A DNA stretch of 64,000 bases from Acidimicrobiales bacterium (GTDB lineage Bacteria; Actinomycetota; Acidimicrobiia; Acidimicrobiales; JAUJNH01), in NCBI GenBank assembly GCA_038255915.1, contig JBBSKY010000002.1:13371-77370 (forward strand). Direction: 5' to 3'. The position numbers were made by a program, and so were the translations under genes. Below are positions 1-9,103 of the stretch, piece after piece. Below the pieces are notes generated by a model. The model searched no databases. It had not been told where the DNA came from and saw nothing but the letters and a program-made list of their open reading frames with translations. Positions within the stretch are counted from its first letter, which is position 1, and each line of letters begins with the position of its first letter.

Positions 1-225
1 AAGGCCTACGCCCCGGTGCAGGCGGCGGCACGGACCCGGCCGGCCAAGCGGCCCAGCTACCCCCGGGGCCAGCTACGTGAGCCGATCGGCATCCTCCGGC
101 GCATCCGGGCGATGCTCGGCATCGTCGTGGTGACGGTGCTCCTCGGCGTCGCCGCCGGCACGGCGGTCGGAGCCTTCATCTTCTTCCTGGCCTTCGCCAT
201 CCGCGACGCCATCACCGCACAGTGA
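1..225 (+). CDS. C-terminal end of a membrane protein (5' end lies outside the window)
   Basis: Frame 1 is open from base 1. The product ends in a hydrophobic helix (LGIVVVTVLLGVAAGTAVGAFIFFLAFAI). No family recognised. Confidence 0.35.
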   Translation, partial: KAYAPVQAAARTRPAKRPSYPRGQLREPIGILRRIRAMLGIVVVTVLLGVAAGTAVGAFIFFLAFAIRDAITAQ

Positions 226-228
226 GGC

Positions 229-927
229 TCAGACCGCCGGTGCGGTGACCAGGTCGGCCCTCACCACGTAGCGCTGGCGGGCCGACCCCGGGGGGTGGCA
301 GGCGAAGATGGTCAGCATGGGCGTGGCGGTGGGGTTGGCGATGTCGGTGCGGTCAGGGGTGACCACGAACGACGACGACACCCGGTAGGTGGACTGCTCG
401 CCCTTGACCGTGAGGACCACCTCGTCGCCCGCACCCAGCTGGTCGATGTTCCTGAACGGCCGGGAGTTGGTGACCCGATGGCCGGCGACCACCACGTTCC
501 CGGCCCTCCCGGGCATGGCGGTGCCGGGCCAGTGGCTGGGCCCGCGGTCGATGTTCCGCAGGGTCACCCCATGCATCAGCCGCTGGCGGACGCCGAGCTT
601 GGGGATCTCGAGGGTGCCGAGCTCGACGATCTGCTCCGGCGCATAGGAGTCGGCGGGAACGTCGATCGGTCCCACGCGGGCGGCCGGGGCGGCCGGGGCG
701 GCCGGGGCGGCCGCGACCGGTGCGGGCGAGGCCTCGAGGCGCACATCGGGCACGGCCCGGGCTCCCACGAACGCGGCCCGGAGGAGGGGCGGCCCGTCCT
801 GGCGGCCCGCCTCGAGCCCGGCGAAGGCGGCTGCGACCGCCACGGCGGTGACCGAAAAGGTCCACAACCGCCGCCCCGGAGCTCGCCGGTGGCGGGCGGG
901 CGGCAGCCGAATGCTGGCGTCGACCAC
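229..927 (-). CDS. Sortase (class E/F-like transpeptidase)
   Basis: N-terminal membrane anchor and an Ala/Pro linker. Catalytic His (VVAGHRVT), Cys (LTIFACHPPGS) and Arg (RYVVRA) occur in sortase order. Confidence 0.8.
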   Translation of the reverse strand: MVDASIRLPPARHRRAPGRRLWTFSVTAVAVAAAFAGLEAGRQDGPPLLRAAFVGARAVPDVRLEASPAPVAAAPAAPAAPAARVGPIDVPADSYAPEQIVELGTLEIPKLGVRQRLMHGVTLRNIDRGPSHWPGTAMPGRAGNVVVAGHRVTNSRPFRNIDQLGAGDEVVLTVKGEQSTYRVSSSFVVTPDRTDIANPTATPMLTIFACHPPGSARQRYVVRADLVTAPAV

Positions 928-1010
928 GGGTGGTCATCCTGGCAGAGGGAGCGTCGCTCGCACGCGCGCCCCCTGGGCTCCAGGACCGGGTCTCACTACC
1001 CTTTGGGTGA

Positions 1011-1607
1011 ATGGACGGCGACGAGCTCGAGACGCTCCGGGCCGCCGCCCTGGCCGGCCACGTAGGTGACCCCGCCACCGCCCGCCGTCTCCTCACCTCC
1101 CCCCACCCCGAGGTGCGGGTCGCGGCCCTCGGCGCCCTGACCCGGCTGGGCGACGACGTGCTCGCCCCGGCCGTGCTCGCCGCCCTGGTCGACCCGGCTC
1201 CCGGCGTGCGCCGACGAGCGGCGGAGCTGACGGCGACGATGCCCGAGATCCCGCTCGCCCGGGTCGTGGCCGCCCTCGACGACGACGAGCCCCTGGTGGC
1301 CGAGGCGGCCTGCTGGGCCCTGGGCGAGCGGGAGGACGCCGGGGCCGTCGACGCCCTGGTGCGAACCGTCGGCGACCACGCCGACGCCCTCGTGCGCGAG
1401 GCGGCGGTCGCCGCCCTGGGGGCCATCGGCCACGAGCGGGGCCTGCCCGCGGTGCTGGCCGCCACCACCGACAAGCCGGCGGTGCGGCGCCGAGCCGTGC
1501 TCGCCCTCGCCCCCTTCGAGGGCCCGGAGGTCGACGAGGCCCTCCAGCGGGCCCTCCAAGACCGGGACTGGCAGGTGCGCCAGGCGGCCGAGGACCTTCT
1601 CTCCTAG
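1011..1607 (+). CDS. HEAT-repeat (PBS-lyase-like) protein
   Basis: Repeated helical units of the type 'xPxVRxxAAxALGxxGD' (HPEVRVAALGAL, APGVRRRAAEL, VREAAVAALGAIG, VRRRAVLALA, VRQAAEDLL). Confidence 0.75.
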   Translation: MDGDELETLRAAALAGHVGDPATARRLLTSPHPEVRVAALGALTRLGDDVLAPAVLAALVDPAPGVRRRAAELTATMPEIPLARVVAALDDDEPLVAEAACWALGEREDAGAVDALVRTVGDHADALVREAAVAALGAIGHERGLPAVLAATTDKPAVRRRAVLALAPFEGPEVDEALQRALQDRDWQVRQAAEDLLS

Positions 1608-1611
1608 CTGG

Positions 1612-2622
1612 TCAGTACTTGGTGCTCGGGCCCATGAACATGACCTTGAGGGTCTCGTACGCCTCGATGCACTTGCCAGCGCCCAGGCACACGCACTCGA
1701 GCGGCGCATCGACCAGGTGGACCGGCACGTTGGTCTCCGCCTCCAGCCGCACGTCGAGGCCGCGGAGCATGCCGCCGCCTCCGACGAGGTGGATGCCCTG
1801 GGTGATGAGGTCCTGAGCCAGCTCGGGCGGAGCGTGGCCCAGGCAGCGCAGGACCGAGGCGACGATGGCGCCGACCTGCTCCTCGATGGCGTCGCGCACC
1901 TCCTCGGGCGACAGGATGACGGTCTTGGGCAGGCCGCTCATGAGGTCGCGGCCCCGCACCTCGGCCTTCACCTCGTCGTCGGTGGGGGCGGCCGAGCCGA
2001 TGGCCACCTTGATCTCCTCGGCCGTGCGCTCACCGATGGCGATCCCGTACTCGCGGCGCACGTAGGTCTGGAGGGCGGCGTCGATGTCGAAGCTGCCGAC
2101 ACGGAGGGCCTCGAGGTGGACGATACCGCCGAGGGAGATGACTGCGGTCTCCGTCGTGCCACCGCCGATGTCGACCACCATGTTGCCGAGGGGCTCGTGG
2201 ATCGGGAGGCCGGCGCCGATGGCAGCCGCCATGGGCTGCTCGATGAGCTGGCTGTCGGCAGCCCCGGCCCGGCGACTGGCCTCGATCACCGCCCGGCGCT
2301 CGACCTCGGTGATGGCCGACGGCACGCAGATCAGGACCCTGGGCCGGTTGAAGCGCGACACCCCGGCCCGCCGCAGCAGCAGGGAGATCATGCGCTGGGT
2401 GATCTCGAAGTCGGTGATGGCGCCGCCCCGCAGGGGCCGCATGGCCACGATGTAGCCCGGGGTGCGGCCGATCATCTGCCACGCCTCGTGGCCCATGGCC
2501 AGCACGTCTCGGGTCTTCTCGTTCAGGGCGATCACCGTGGGCTCGTTGAGCACGATGCCCGAGCCCTTGGCGTACACCAGGGTGTTGGCGGTGCCGAGGT
2601 CGATGGCCAGGTCCCTAGCCAA
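1612..2622 (-). CDS. mreB: Rod-shape-determining actin homologue MreB
   Basis: Full-length match to the MreB pattern (DLAIDLGTANTLVY, NEPTVIA, MRPLRGGAITDF, VVDIGGGTTE, LVGGGGMLRGLD). Confidence 0.95.
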   Translation of the reverse strand: MARDLAIDLGTANTLVYAKGSGIVLNEPTVIALNEKTRDVLAMGHEAWQMIGRTPGYIVAMRPLRGGAITDFEITQRMISLLLRRAGVSRFNRPRVLICVPSAITEVERRAVIEASRRAGAADSQLIEQPMAAAIGAGLPIHEPLGNMVVDIGGGTTETAVISLGGIVHLEALRVGSFDIDAALQTYVRREYGIAIGERTAEEIKVAIGSAAPTDDEVKAEVRGRDLMSGLPKTVILSPEEVRDAIEEQVGAIVASVLRCLGHAPPELAQDLITQGIHLVGGGGMLRGLDVRLEAETNVPVHLVDAPLECVCLGAGKCIEAYETLKVMFMGPSTKY

Positions 2623-2815
2623 GGGGTTCCCCGTCCCTCGGCCGGGTGCTCTTGCGCATCGGAGGCTGCCAGTCGGGCGCCAACGCCTCGAGCTCCCGGT
2701 TGAACTCGTCGATGCCGTCCTCCAGCGAGGACGGCCTCTGCTCGCGGTACCACAGCACCGCCATCACCACGAAGGAGATGAGGAGGGCGCCGAGGACGTA
2801 GGCGAGGACGCTCAT
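2615..2815 (-). CDS. Small single-pass membrane protein
   Basis: ATG at 2815 overlaps the moaE stop (ATGA). One TM helix (VLAYVLGALLISFVVMAVLW). The 3' end overlaps the mreB start by 8 nt. The internal start was chosen within the longer track ORF 2615..3706. Confidence 0.5.
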   Translation of the reverse strand: MSVLAYVLGALLISFVVMAVLWYREQRPSSLEDGIDEFNRELEALAPDWQPPMRKSTRPRDGEPLG

Positions 2816-3345
2816 GGCCGGCCGGACGCCACGGCAGTGGGCTCCCGCACCCCGAGGGCACCGGTGCCCCAGGCCTCGTTCCCCGGTCCCCACCGCTCGC
2901 GCTTCCAGATCGGCACGCTGGCCTTGGTGGCGTCGATGGCCAGGCGGGCGGCCGCGAACGCCTCGTCGCGGTGGGGGGCCGAGGCCACCACGACCACGGC
3001 GGCGTCGGTGACCTCGAGCGCCCCCACCCGGTGGAGGATGGCCAGGCGGCCGACGCCCGGGTGGCGGGCCCGCACCTCGGCCGCCACGGCCGCCAGCCTG
3101 GCGAGCGCGTGCTCCTCGTAGGCCTCGTACTCGAGGCCGGTGACGCCGCTGCGCCCCGCGGCGTGGTCGCGCACGGTGCCAGTGAAGGTGACCACTCCGC
3201 CGCAGATGGGGAGCACGGCCCACGCCGAAGCCTGGGCCGTCGGCAGCGGCTCGCAGGACAGGGCCAGCCAATCGGCGGCCAGGGGTGGCACCACGTGACC
3301 ATCGTACGGCCTGGCCGCCGCGAAAGGCTCCATGCCCGCGGACAC
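2812..3345 (-). CDS. moaE: Molybdopterin synthase catalytic subunit MoaE
   Basis: MoaE-like motifs: GGVVTFTGTVRD, GLEYEAYEEHA, ILHRVG, VVVASAPHRDEAF, IDATKASVPIWKRE. Confidence 0.85.
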   Translation of the reverse strand: MSAGMEPFAAARPYDGHVVPPLAADWLALSCEPLPTAQASAWAVLPICGGVVTFTGTVRDHAAGRSGVTGLEYEAYEEHALARLAAVAAEVRARHPGVGRLAILHRVGALEVTDAAVVVVASAPHRDEAFAAARLAIDATKASVPIWKRERWGPGNEAWGTGALGVREPTAVASGRP

Positions 3346-3377
3346 CTCCGGGATCGTCGCCGGTAGCGTTCGGCCTC

Positions 3378-4607
3378 GTGGACCTGGCCGGCGATGACGA
3401 TGACGCCGAGCTCGACCTGCCGCTCGGTGGGCCGGTCCATCCCGACGATCGGCTGTGGCGCCACCCCTCTGAGATCCGCTGCACCAGGGCGCCCGACATC
3501 TTCCACCTCGACGACGACCTCGACGCCTCCCGAGGTGCCGGGCCGCTCGACCCCCGCGGGCACCGTCGGTCCCGGGTCAACCTCGAACGCTGGCTTCCCG
3601 TCGTGCTGGCCGCCGGTGTCAGCGCCCTCCTCACCGCCGGCTTCCTCGGGGTGACGGGGTCTCTTGACACCAGTCTGCTGGCCAGCGGTTCGCCGGCCGC
3701 GCCCACCTCCTCGTCGGTGGCGCTCGCCGTTCACCGCGACATCGCACCGCTGGATGTGGCCGAGCTCGCCGAGCGACTCCAGCCCTCGCTGCTGGCCCTG
3801 GCCGGCGTCGCCGCCGACGGCCGCCCCTCCCGGGGATCAGCCGTGGCCATCCGAACCGGGCACGTCCTCACCGCCGCCCGTCTCGTCGTGGGCTCGCGCG
3901 AGATCCAGGTGCTGGTGCGCGGCGTAGGCCGGCGGGCCACCCTGGTCGGGTCCGACCCCGACACCGACCTGGCTGTCCTCGCCGTCGACGGCGGAGGCCT
4001 GGAGCCGGCGGCCTGGGGCCAGGCGGACGACCTCCAGCCGGGAGCCCGGGCCGTTGCCGTCAGCAGCCCGCCCGCCGCCGAGGCCGGTCCGACCGTCACC
4101 GCCGGGGTCGTCAGCGGCATCGGTCGCACCTGCACCTTCGGCGGCAGCGAGCTGCGAGGCCTCCTCCAGCTCGACCGGCCCGTGCCCGCCGAGGGAGCCG
4201 GCGGTGCCCTCCTCGACCCGGAGGGCGCCCTCCTCGGCATCACCCTGCCGGCGCCTCAGGGGGCCGCCCCCTTCGGCTACGCCGTCCCCGCCGAGGAGGC
4301 CGAGAAGGTGGCCGGCCAGCTGCTCACCCGGGGTCGGGTCGCCTACCCCTGGCTCGGGGTCGAGGGCGGCGACCGGGGCATGGACGGCGGTGCCGTCGTC
4401 CAACGGGTCCGGCCGGCCAGCCCCGCCGCCGCCGCCGGCCTCCAGGAAGGCGACGTCGTCACCTCCTTCGACGGTCGGGCCACACCCACCATGGGCGCCC
4501 TCCTCCTCCGCCTGCGCGCCCACCGCCCCGGCGAGACCGTCCGCCTCGTCCTGCTCCGCGCCGGCCGCCAGCTCGATGCGCTGGTGACGCTCGCTGAGAG
4601 GGGGTAA
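3378..4607 (+). CDS. Membrane-anchored HtrA-like (S1C) protein with PDZ domain; catalytic His and Ser are replaced, so it is predicted inactive
   Basis: GTG start chosen because the track ATG at 3285 would overlap moaE. Has a TM helix, a trypsin-fold core and a PDZ tail (PWLGVEG...PAAAAGLQEGDVV). The HtrA motifs read TGHVLTAARLV (no NxHV) and EGAGGALLD (no GNSGG). The Asp motif DTDLAVL is kept. Confidence 0.75.
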   Translation: MDLAGDDDDAELDLPLGGPVHPDDRLWRHPSEIRCTRAPDIFHLDDDLDASRGAGPLDPRGHRRSRVNLERWLPVVLAAGVSALLTAGFLGVTGSLDTSLLASGSPAAPTSSSVALAVHRDIAPLDVAELAERLQPSLLALAGVAADGRPSRGSAVAIRTGHVLTAARLVVGSREIQVLVRGVGRRATLVGSDPDTDLAVLAVDGGGLEPAAWGQADDLQPGARAVAVSSPPAAEAGPTVTAGVVSGIGRTCTFGGSELRGLLQLDRPVPAEGAGGALLDPEGALLGITLPAPQGAAPFGYAVPAEEAEKVAGQLLTRGRVAYPWLGVEGGDRGMDGGAVVQRVRPASPAAAAGLQEGDVVTSFDGRATPTMGALLLRLRAHRPGETVRLVLLRAGRQLDALVTLAERG

Positions 4608-4614
4608 AGAACCG

Positions 4615-5703
4615 TCAGCCGGCGCCGCGGGTCCGCAGGGCTCTCTTGACGAGGTGGAGGGGGGTGAGGACGAGGGCGGCGGCGAGGACGGTTGCGGCGA
4701 GCAGGAGGATCTGCTGGCGGCGGCGTGGCGGGAGGGTGGCGAGGGCTGAGCACTCGGTCGTTCCGACCAGGGCCTCCTCGGTGGTGTGGGCCGGGGTCCA
4801 GCCGAGGGCGCGCAGGCGGTCGGCGGCCACCACCCATGGGTGGATGAGGTAAGCCTCGGCCCCGGGCGGGATGGCACCGGTGCCGACGAGCCACAGCAGA
4901 CGGCGGGCAGGGCCTACCAGGCGGGCCGGCACCCGGGGCGGGGGGACCACGGCACCGGCCAGCGCCGCCGCCTCCCCCTCGGCGATCCAGCCCTTGGCGG
5001 CCACGTTCAGGGGGCCGTCGACGGGAGCGGGCGCGGTGGCGCAGGTGACGATCGCCGAAGCGACGTCCTCGACGTGCACGAACTGCACCGGGCGGTCGGT
5101 ACCGGCCACGCGTGGGCCGGCAAGGCCGCCCAGGGCCCGGGTGAGCGAGTCGCTGTCGGCGGCGCCCACCACGAGCGCTGGTCGCAGAACCGCGGCGGAC
5201 CGGCCGGGCGACCGGTCGCGCCACTCGGCCACCAGGCGCTCGGCCTCGGCCAGCTCCACCGCCCAGCCGAAGGCGGGGTCGGGCCGCACCGGCGCGTCAT
5301 CGCTGAGCGGCACGGCGTTGTCGGCCGCCGCCCCGTACACCACTGCGTTTGACAGGTGGACCAGGCGGCCCACCCCGTCGGCCTCGGCGGCGGCGAGCAC
5401 CTGCCGCAGGTCGCCGAGCCGCTCCGAGGTCGCCGCAATGTCCAACGGATCCGACCGGCCCAGCAGGGCGCGCCGCCGGGGGCCCGGGCGACCCAGCAGC
5501 GCGGGCGGTAGCGAGCCCGAGCGGTCGGGGCCAGCAGGGGGCAGCGGGCCGGCGCCGATGCAGAGCGACACCAGACAGCCGGCACCGCCCAGCGCCCCGG
5601 GAGCGTTCGGTGAGACACCGATGACCGCCGGCTCGCCGCCCAGGCCCTCGACGACGAGCGCTCCGAGCGTTGTGGTGGGACCGGTGACGGCGAAGGCAGC
5701 CAT
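4615..5703 (-). CDS. NAD-dependent epimerase/dehydratase family protein with C-terminal TM helix
   Basis: Start at ATG 5703 (MAAFAVTGPTTTLG, Rossmann-like). Contains HLSNAVVYG and FVHVEDVA motifs and a hydrophobic C-terminal segment. The upstream part of track ORF 4615..6426 is antisense to the next gene. Confidence 0.7.
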   Translation of the reverse strand: MAAFAVTGPTTTLGALVVEGLGGEPAVIGVSPNAPGALGGAGCLVSLCIGAGPLPPAGPDRSGSLPPALLGRPGPRRRALLGRSDPLDIAATSERLGDLRQVLAAAEADGVGRLVHLSNAVVYGAAADNAVPLSDDAPVRPDPAFGWAVELAEAERLVAEWRDRSPGRSAAVLRPALVVGAADSDSLTRALGGLAGPRVAGTDRPVQFVHVEDVASAIVTCATAPAPVDGPLNVAAKGWIAEGEAAALAGAVVPPPRVPARLVGPARRLLWLVGTGAIPPGAEAYLIHPWVVAADRLRALGWTPAHTTEEALVGTTECSALATLPPRRRQQILLLAATVLAAALVLTPLHLVKRALRTRGAG

Positions 5704-5715
5704 GCGGGCCTTACA

Positions 5716-6891
5716 GTGCCACGCATGTCCGTGCCCGGCCCCTTCGGCGGCTTCGGCGGCTTCGATCCCAGCTCCTTCGGCCGGATGTTCTCCGAGACCG
5801 GGCCCGTCAGCTGGGAGCTGGCCCGTTGGATGATCACCCAGGGCGGCGCCCCCGCAGCCAACGTCGACCCGCTCCGCCGCATGCGGCTCGAGGAGCTGCT
5901 TCGGGTGGCCGAGCTGCAGGTCGGCGACGTGACCGGCCTGGCCACCGCGCCCAGCGGCCGCAGCCTCTCGGTCGAGGCGGTGGCGCCGGCCGGCTGGGCC
6001 ACGGCCACCATGGACGACTACAAGGCCCTGCTGGAGCGCCTGGCCCAGGCCCTCACCCCGCCGGCCGAGGCCGCCCCGCCCAACCTCGAGCTGCCGCCGG
6101 GGGCCGAGGCGCTGGGCCCGCTGTTCGCCCAGCTGCCCAAGATCCTCGGCCCGATGATGATGGGGATGCAGTCGGGGATGCTGCTCTCCCAGCTGTCCGA
6201 GCGGGCCTTCGGGTCCTACGAGCTGCCGATCCCCCGGCCCGGCCGCACCAGCCTGCTCCTGGTGCCCCAGGCCATCGATGGCTTCGCCGCCAGCTGGAGC
6301 CTGCCCCAGGACGACGTGTCGTTGTGGGTGTGCCTGCATGAGGTGGCCCACCACGCCGTCCTGTCGCTCCCGCACGTCCAGCGGGCCGTCACCGACCTGC
6401 TCCTCCAGCACGCCGGTGGCTTCCATGCCGACGGGGTCGATCTCGAGTCGCGCTTTGGTGGCATCGACCCCAGCGACCCCAACGCCCTGCAGTCGCTGCT
6501 CGGCGACCCCGAGGCCGTGCTGGGCGCGGCCCGCTCCCCCGAGCAGGAGCAGCTACGACCCCGCATCGACGCCGTGGTAGCCGCCATCTCGGGCTACATC
6601 GACCACGTCGTCGACGTCGTCGGTCACCGCCTCCTCGGGTCGTACAGCTCGCTGACCGAGGCGCTGCGCCGCCGCCGGGTCGAGGAGAAGCCGAGCGACC
6701 GCTTTGTCGACCACCTCCTCGGCCTCGAGCTGACCGACGCCCAGTTCGCCCGCGGCCGCACGTTCGTCAACGGCGTCCTCGAGCGTGGCGGCGACGACGC
6801 CCTGGCCCGCCTGTGGTCCGACCCGGCCCACCTCCCCACCCCGGCCGAGATCGACGCCCCCGGCCTCTGGCTCGCCCGCATCGATCTCTAG
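5716..6891 (+). CDS. Zinc-dependent metalloprotease (DUF2342-type hydrolase)
   Basis: HExxH motif (LHEVAHHAV). Overall pattern is typical of the actinobacterial DUF2342 family. The start could be GTG 5716 or ATG 5725. Confidence 0.75.
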   Translation: MPRMSVPGPFGGFGGFDPSSFGRMFSETGPVSWELARWMITQGGAPAANVDPLRRMRLEELLRVAELQVGDVTGLATAPSGRSLSVEAVAPAGWATATMDDYKALLERLAQALTPPAEAAPPNLELPPGAEALGPLFAQLPKILGPMMMGMQSGMLLSQLSERAFGSYELPIPRPGRTSLLLVPQAIDGFAASWSLPQDDVSLWVCLHEVAHHAVLSLPHVQRAVTDLLLQHAGGFHADGVDLESRFGGIDPSDPNALQSLLGDPEAVLGAARSPEQEQLRPRIDAVVAAISGYIDHVVDVVGHRLLGSYSSLTEALRRRRVEEKPSDRFVDHLLGLELTDAQFARGRTFVNGVLERGGDDALARLWSDPAHLPTPAEIDAPGLWLARIDL

Positions 6892-6892
6892 C

Positions 6893-7123
6893 GTGCCCCG
6901 CGCCGGGCCCGGAAGCCGGCCGTTCTGGGAGCGCTGGCCCTCCTTCTTCCTCTCCACCGGCTGGGCGTGGCTCGTGGTGCTGTTCGACCTCCTCGACCCG
7001 GGTGATCGCGATGTCGGCGGCTGGGTCGCCCTCTCGGTGGTGATCCTGGGAACGCCGTGGTTCCTGTGGATGCGCCACCGGGGCACCCGGTGCTTGACGT
7101 CGACACAGCGGGCCTCTGGCTGA
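6893..7123 (+). CDS. Small two-helix membrane protein (hypothetical)
   Basis: In-frame GTG just after the upstream stop. Codon third positions are almost all G/C in this frame. Hydrophobic segments WAWLVVLFDLL and WVALSVVILGTPWFLW. Confidence 0.4.
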   Translation: MPRAGPGSRPFWERWPSFFLSTGWAWLVVLFDLLDPGDRDVGGWVALSVVILGTPWFLWMRHRGTRCLTSTQRASG

Positions 7124-7173
7124 CCCGCGTCGATCTGCGGAAGGGGTGGCCAGGCTGATGGCACTCTCCGCAG

Positions 7174-7656
7174 CTAGTCGAGGTCGACGATCTGGGTCCT
7201 GCGGATCCGGGCGTCAGCCAGGTCGAGCAGGGCCAGGGTGTGGTGGGGTTGGGTGCGCTTGTCGGTGGGGCTGCCGGGGTTGAGGAGGCGCTGGCCGTGG
7301 CCGCGGGTGTCCAGGGGGGCGTGGCTGTGGCCGAACACCACCAGCTGGCACGAGGCGAACCAGCGGGACAGGCGGGCCTCCCGGCCGGTGCGGGCGCCGC
7401 TGTCGTGCACCATCCCGACCCGCACGCCGGCCAGGTCGAGCTGCAGGCGCTCGGGCAGGTCGAGGCCGGTGTCGTTGTTGCCGAGGACGGCGTGGACGGG
7501 GGCCAGCTCGGCCAGGTCGTCGAGGAACCACTGCTCGAGGACGTCGCCGGCGTGAAGGATCACCTCGGCCCGGCGGAGGTGGACGAGCGCCGCGGCCGGG
7601 AGCGCCTTGCGCCCACCCCGCCGCACGTGGGTGTCGGAGACGACGACGACCCTCAC
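7174..7656 (-). CDS. YfcE-like metallophosphoesterase
   Basis: MRVVVVSDTH, HAGD, GNND, GHSH and NPGS motifs occur in the canonical order. Confidence 0.85.
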   Translation of the reverse strand: MRVVVVSDTHVRRGGRKALPAAALVHLRRAEVILHAGDVLEQWFLDDLAELAPVHAVLGNNDTGLDLPERLQLDLAGVRVGMVHDSGARTGREARLSRWFASCQLVVFGHSHAPLDTRGHGQRLLNPGSPTDKRTQPHHTLALLDLADARIRRTQIVDLD

Positions 7657-9080
7657 CGGGGCTCGTGGGGTGGCGAGGGCAGGGGCAGCTCGACGGTGGG
7701 GGCCACCGGCAGCTCGGTGGTGGCCGGGCCCGGCGACGGCGGTGGGGCCGGCGGGCGGGGTTCGGCGGGCGGGGGCGTCGCCGCCTCAGGGGCCGGCGGC
7801 CCGTCGAGCGGCGTGCGACGATCGGACCGACCCCCCGACCGGGTCTTGCGCTGGGCGATGAGCTCCAAGGCGTAGGCCACCCCGCCGCCGGCGGAGAGGA
7901 GCGCCACCACCAGGCCCCCGACAGGCCGGGAGAAGGGGATGAGGACCGGGAGCAGCGCCCCGAACACCCAGACCAGCTGGAAGCACGACTCGAAGCGGGC
8001 GAAGGCCCGGCCCTGCACGGCGTCGCCGTTGTCCCGCTGCACCAGCGAGTCGAAGGCCAGCCGGGCGGCGGCAGCGGCGACGGCCACGACGAAGGCCAGG
8101 ACCACTGCCATGGCCACCCCCTCCGACAGCCACACCACCACCCCGGTCGAGGCCACGACGATGAGCGCGCCGAGGACGATCGACTCCTCGCGCAGCACCG
8201 CCCGGATGCGGGGGGCTAGGGCCGCGCCGAGGAGCGAGCCCACGGCGCTGGCGACGACCGCGAGACCGAGCCATACGTTGGCCACCCCATCGCGCCGGAA
8301 CGAGAAGGCGATGTGGAAGGCCAGGAAGCCGACGACGCCCCGCAGCACCGCCATCGAGGTGGCAGCCCGCACGATCCCCGGGGCGAACAACCCGGCCGAG
8401 GAGGCGGGGGTCGCTCCGTCGTCCGGCGCCACACCGTCGCCGCGGCGGTCGACCAGGACCACCGAGGCGATGGCCCCGGCCCCGAAGACCACCGCAGCGA
8501 GCCGCAGCACCCATGCCGGGCCGAGGAACGGCAGCTTGAGGACGAGCACGGCGGGGGCCGCCGCGGCCAACCCGGCCAGCGAGGCCAGCACGGCCAGGCG
8601 GCTGTTGGCCCGCACCAGCTCGTCGTCGCAGCCCACCGTCGCCTTGACGAGGGCGGCCTTGGCCACCCCGTGGGCGCGGGACAGCACCAGCAGGCAGAAC
8701 ACCAATGGGAACAGGGCCAGGCTCTGCACCGCCTCGGCCGCGAACATGGCCAGCACGGCCCGCCCCCCCGCCGCCCCGAGCGCCATGCGGCGCCGGCCGC
8801 TCGCCCGCCGGTCGATGAAGGGACCGAGGAAGGGGGCCACCACGGCGAACGGCGCCATGGTGAGCACGAGCGAAAGCGCCACCTTGCCCTTGGCCTCGGT
8901 CGGGGTGAGGTTGAAGAACAAAGAGCCGGCCAGGGCCACGGTGACGCAGGCGTCGCCGGCCACCGACAGCACGTGGAGGCGGGCCAGGCGCACGAACGGC
9001 GACGCCTCGACCCCCGTGGCCGGCCCCGCCCGGGGGCGGGTGGGCGGCTGCAGCGGCCGCCAGCCGCCCGGAGCCTGCAT
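7653..9080 (-). CDS. MFS transporter with Pro-rich C-terminal tail
   Basis: About 12 hydrophobic helices and an FIDRRASGRRRM loop motif. The stop overlaps the phosphoesterase start. Confidence 0.8.
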   Translation of the reverse strand: MQAPGGWRPLQPPTRPRAGPATGVEASPFVRLARLHVLSVAGDACVTVALAGSLFFNLTPTEAKGKVALSLVLTMAPFAVVAPFLGPFIDRRASGRRRMALGAAGGRAVLAMFAAEAVQSLALFPLVFCLLVLSRAHGVAKAALVKATVGCDDELVRANSRLAVLASLAGLAAAAPAVLVLKLPFLGPAWVLRLAAVVFGAGAIASVVLVDRRGDGVAPDDGATPASSAGLFAPGIVRAATSMAVLRGVVGFLAFHIAFSFRRDGVANVWLGLAVVASAVGSLLGAALAPRIRAVLREESIVLGALIVVASTGVVVWLSEGVAMAVVLAFVVAVAAAAARLAFDSLVQRDNGDAVQGRAFARFESCFQLVWVFGALLPVLIPFSRPVGGLVVALLSAGGGVAYALELIAQRKTRSGGRSDRRTPLDGPPAPEAATPPPAEPRPPAPPPSPGPATTELPVAPTVELPLPSPPHEPR

Positions 9081-9103
9081 GACCGAGCCAAACTACCCGC
9101 CGG

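Noticed and set aside
679-713. GCGGCCGGG x3 tandem repeat
   Set aside because: It lies inside the sortase CDS and simply encodes the Ala-Pro linker (AAPAAPAAPAA). This is low-complexity coding sequence.
5704-5715. Only 12 nt between the divergent epimerase and metalloprotease starts
   Set aside because: This is probably explained by the alternative ATG 5725 start and promoters embedded in coding DNA or leaderless transcripts. There is not enough evidence for a specific feature.
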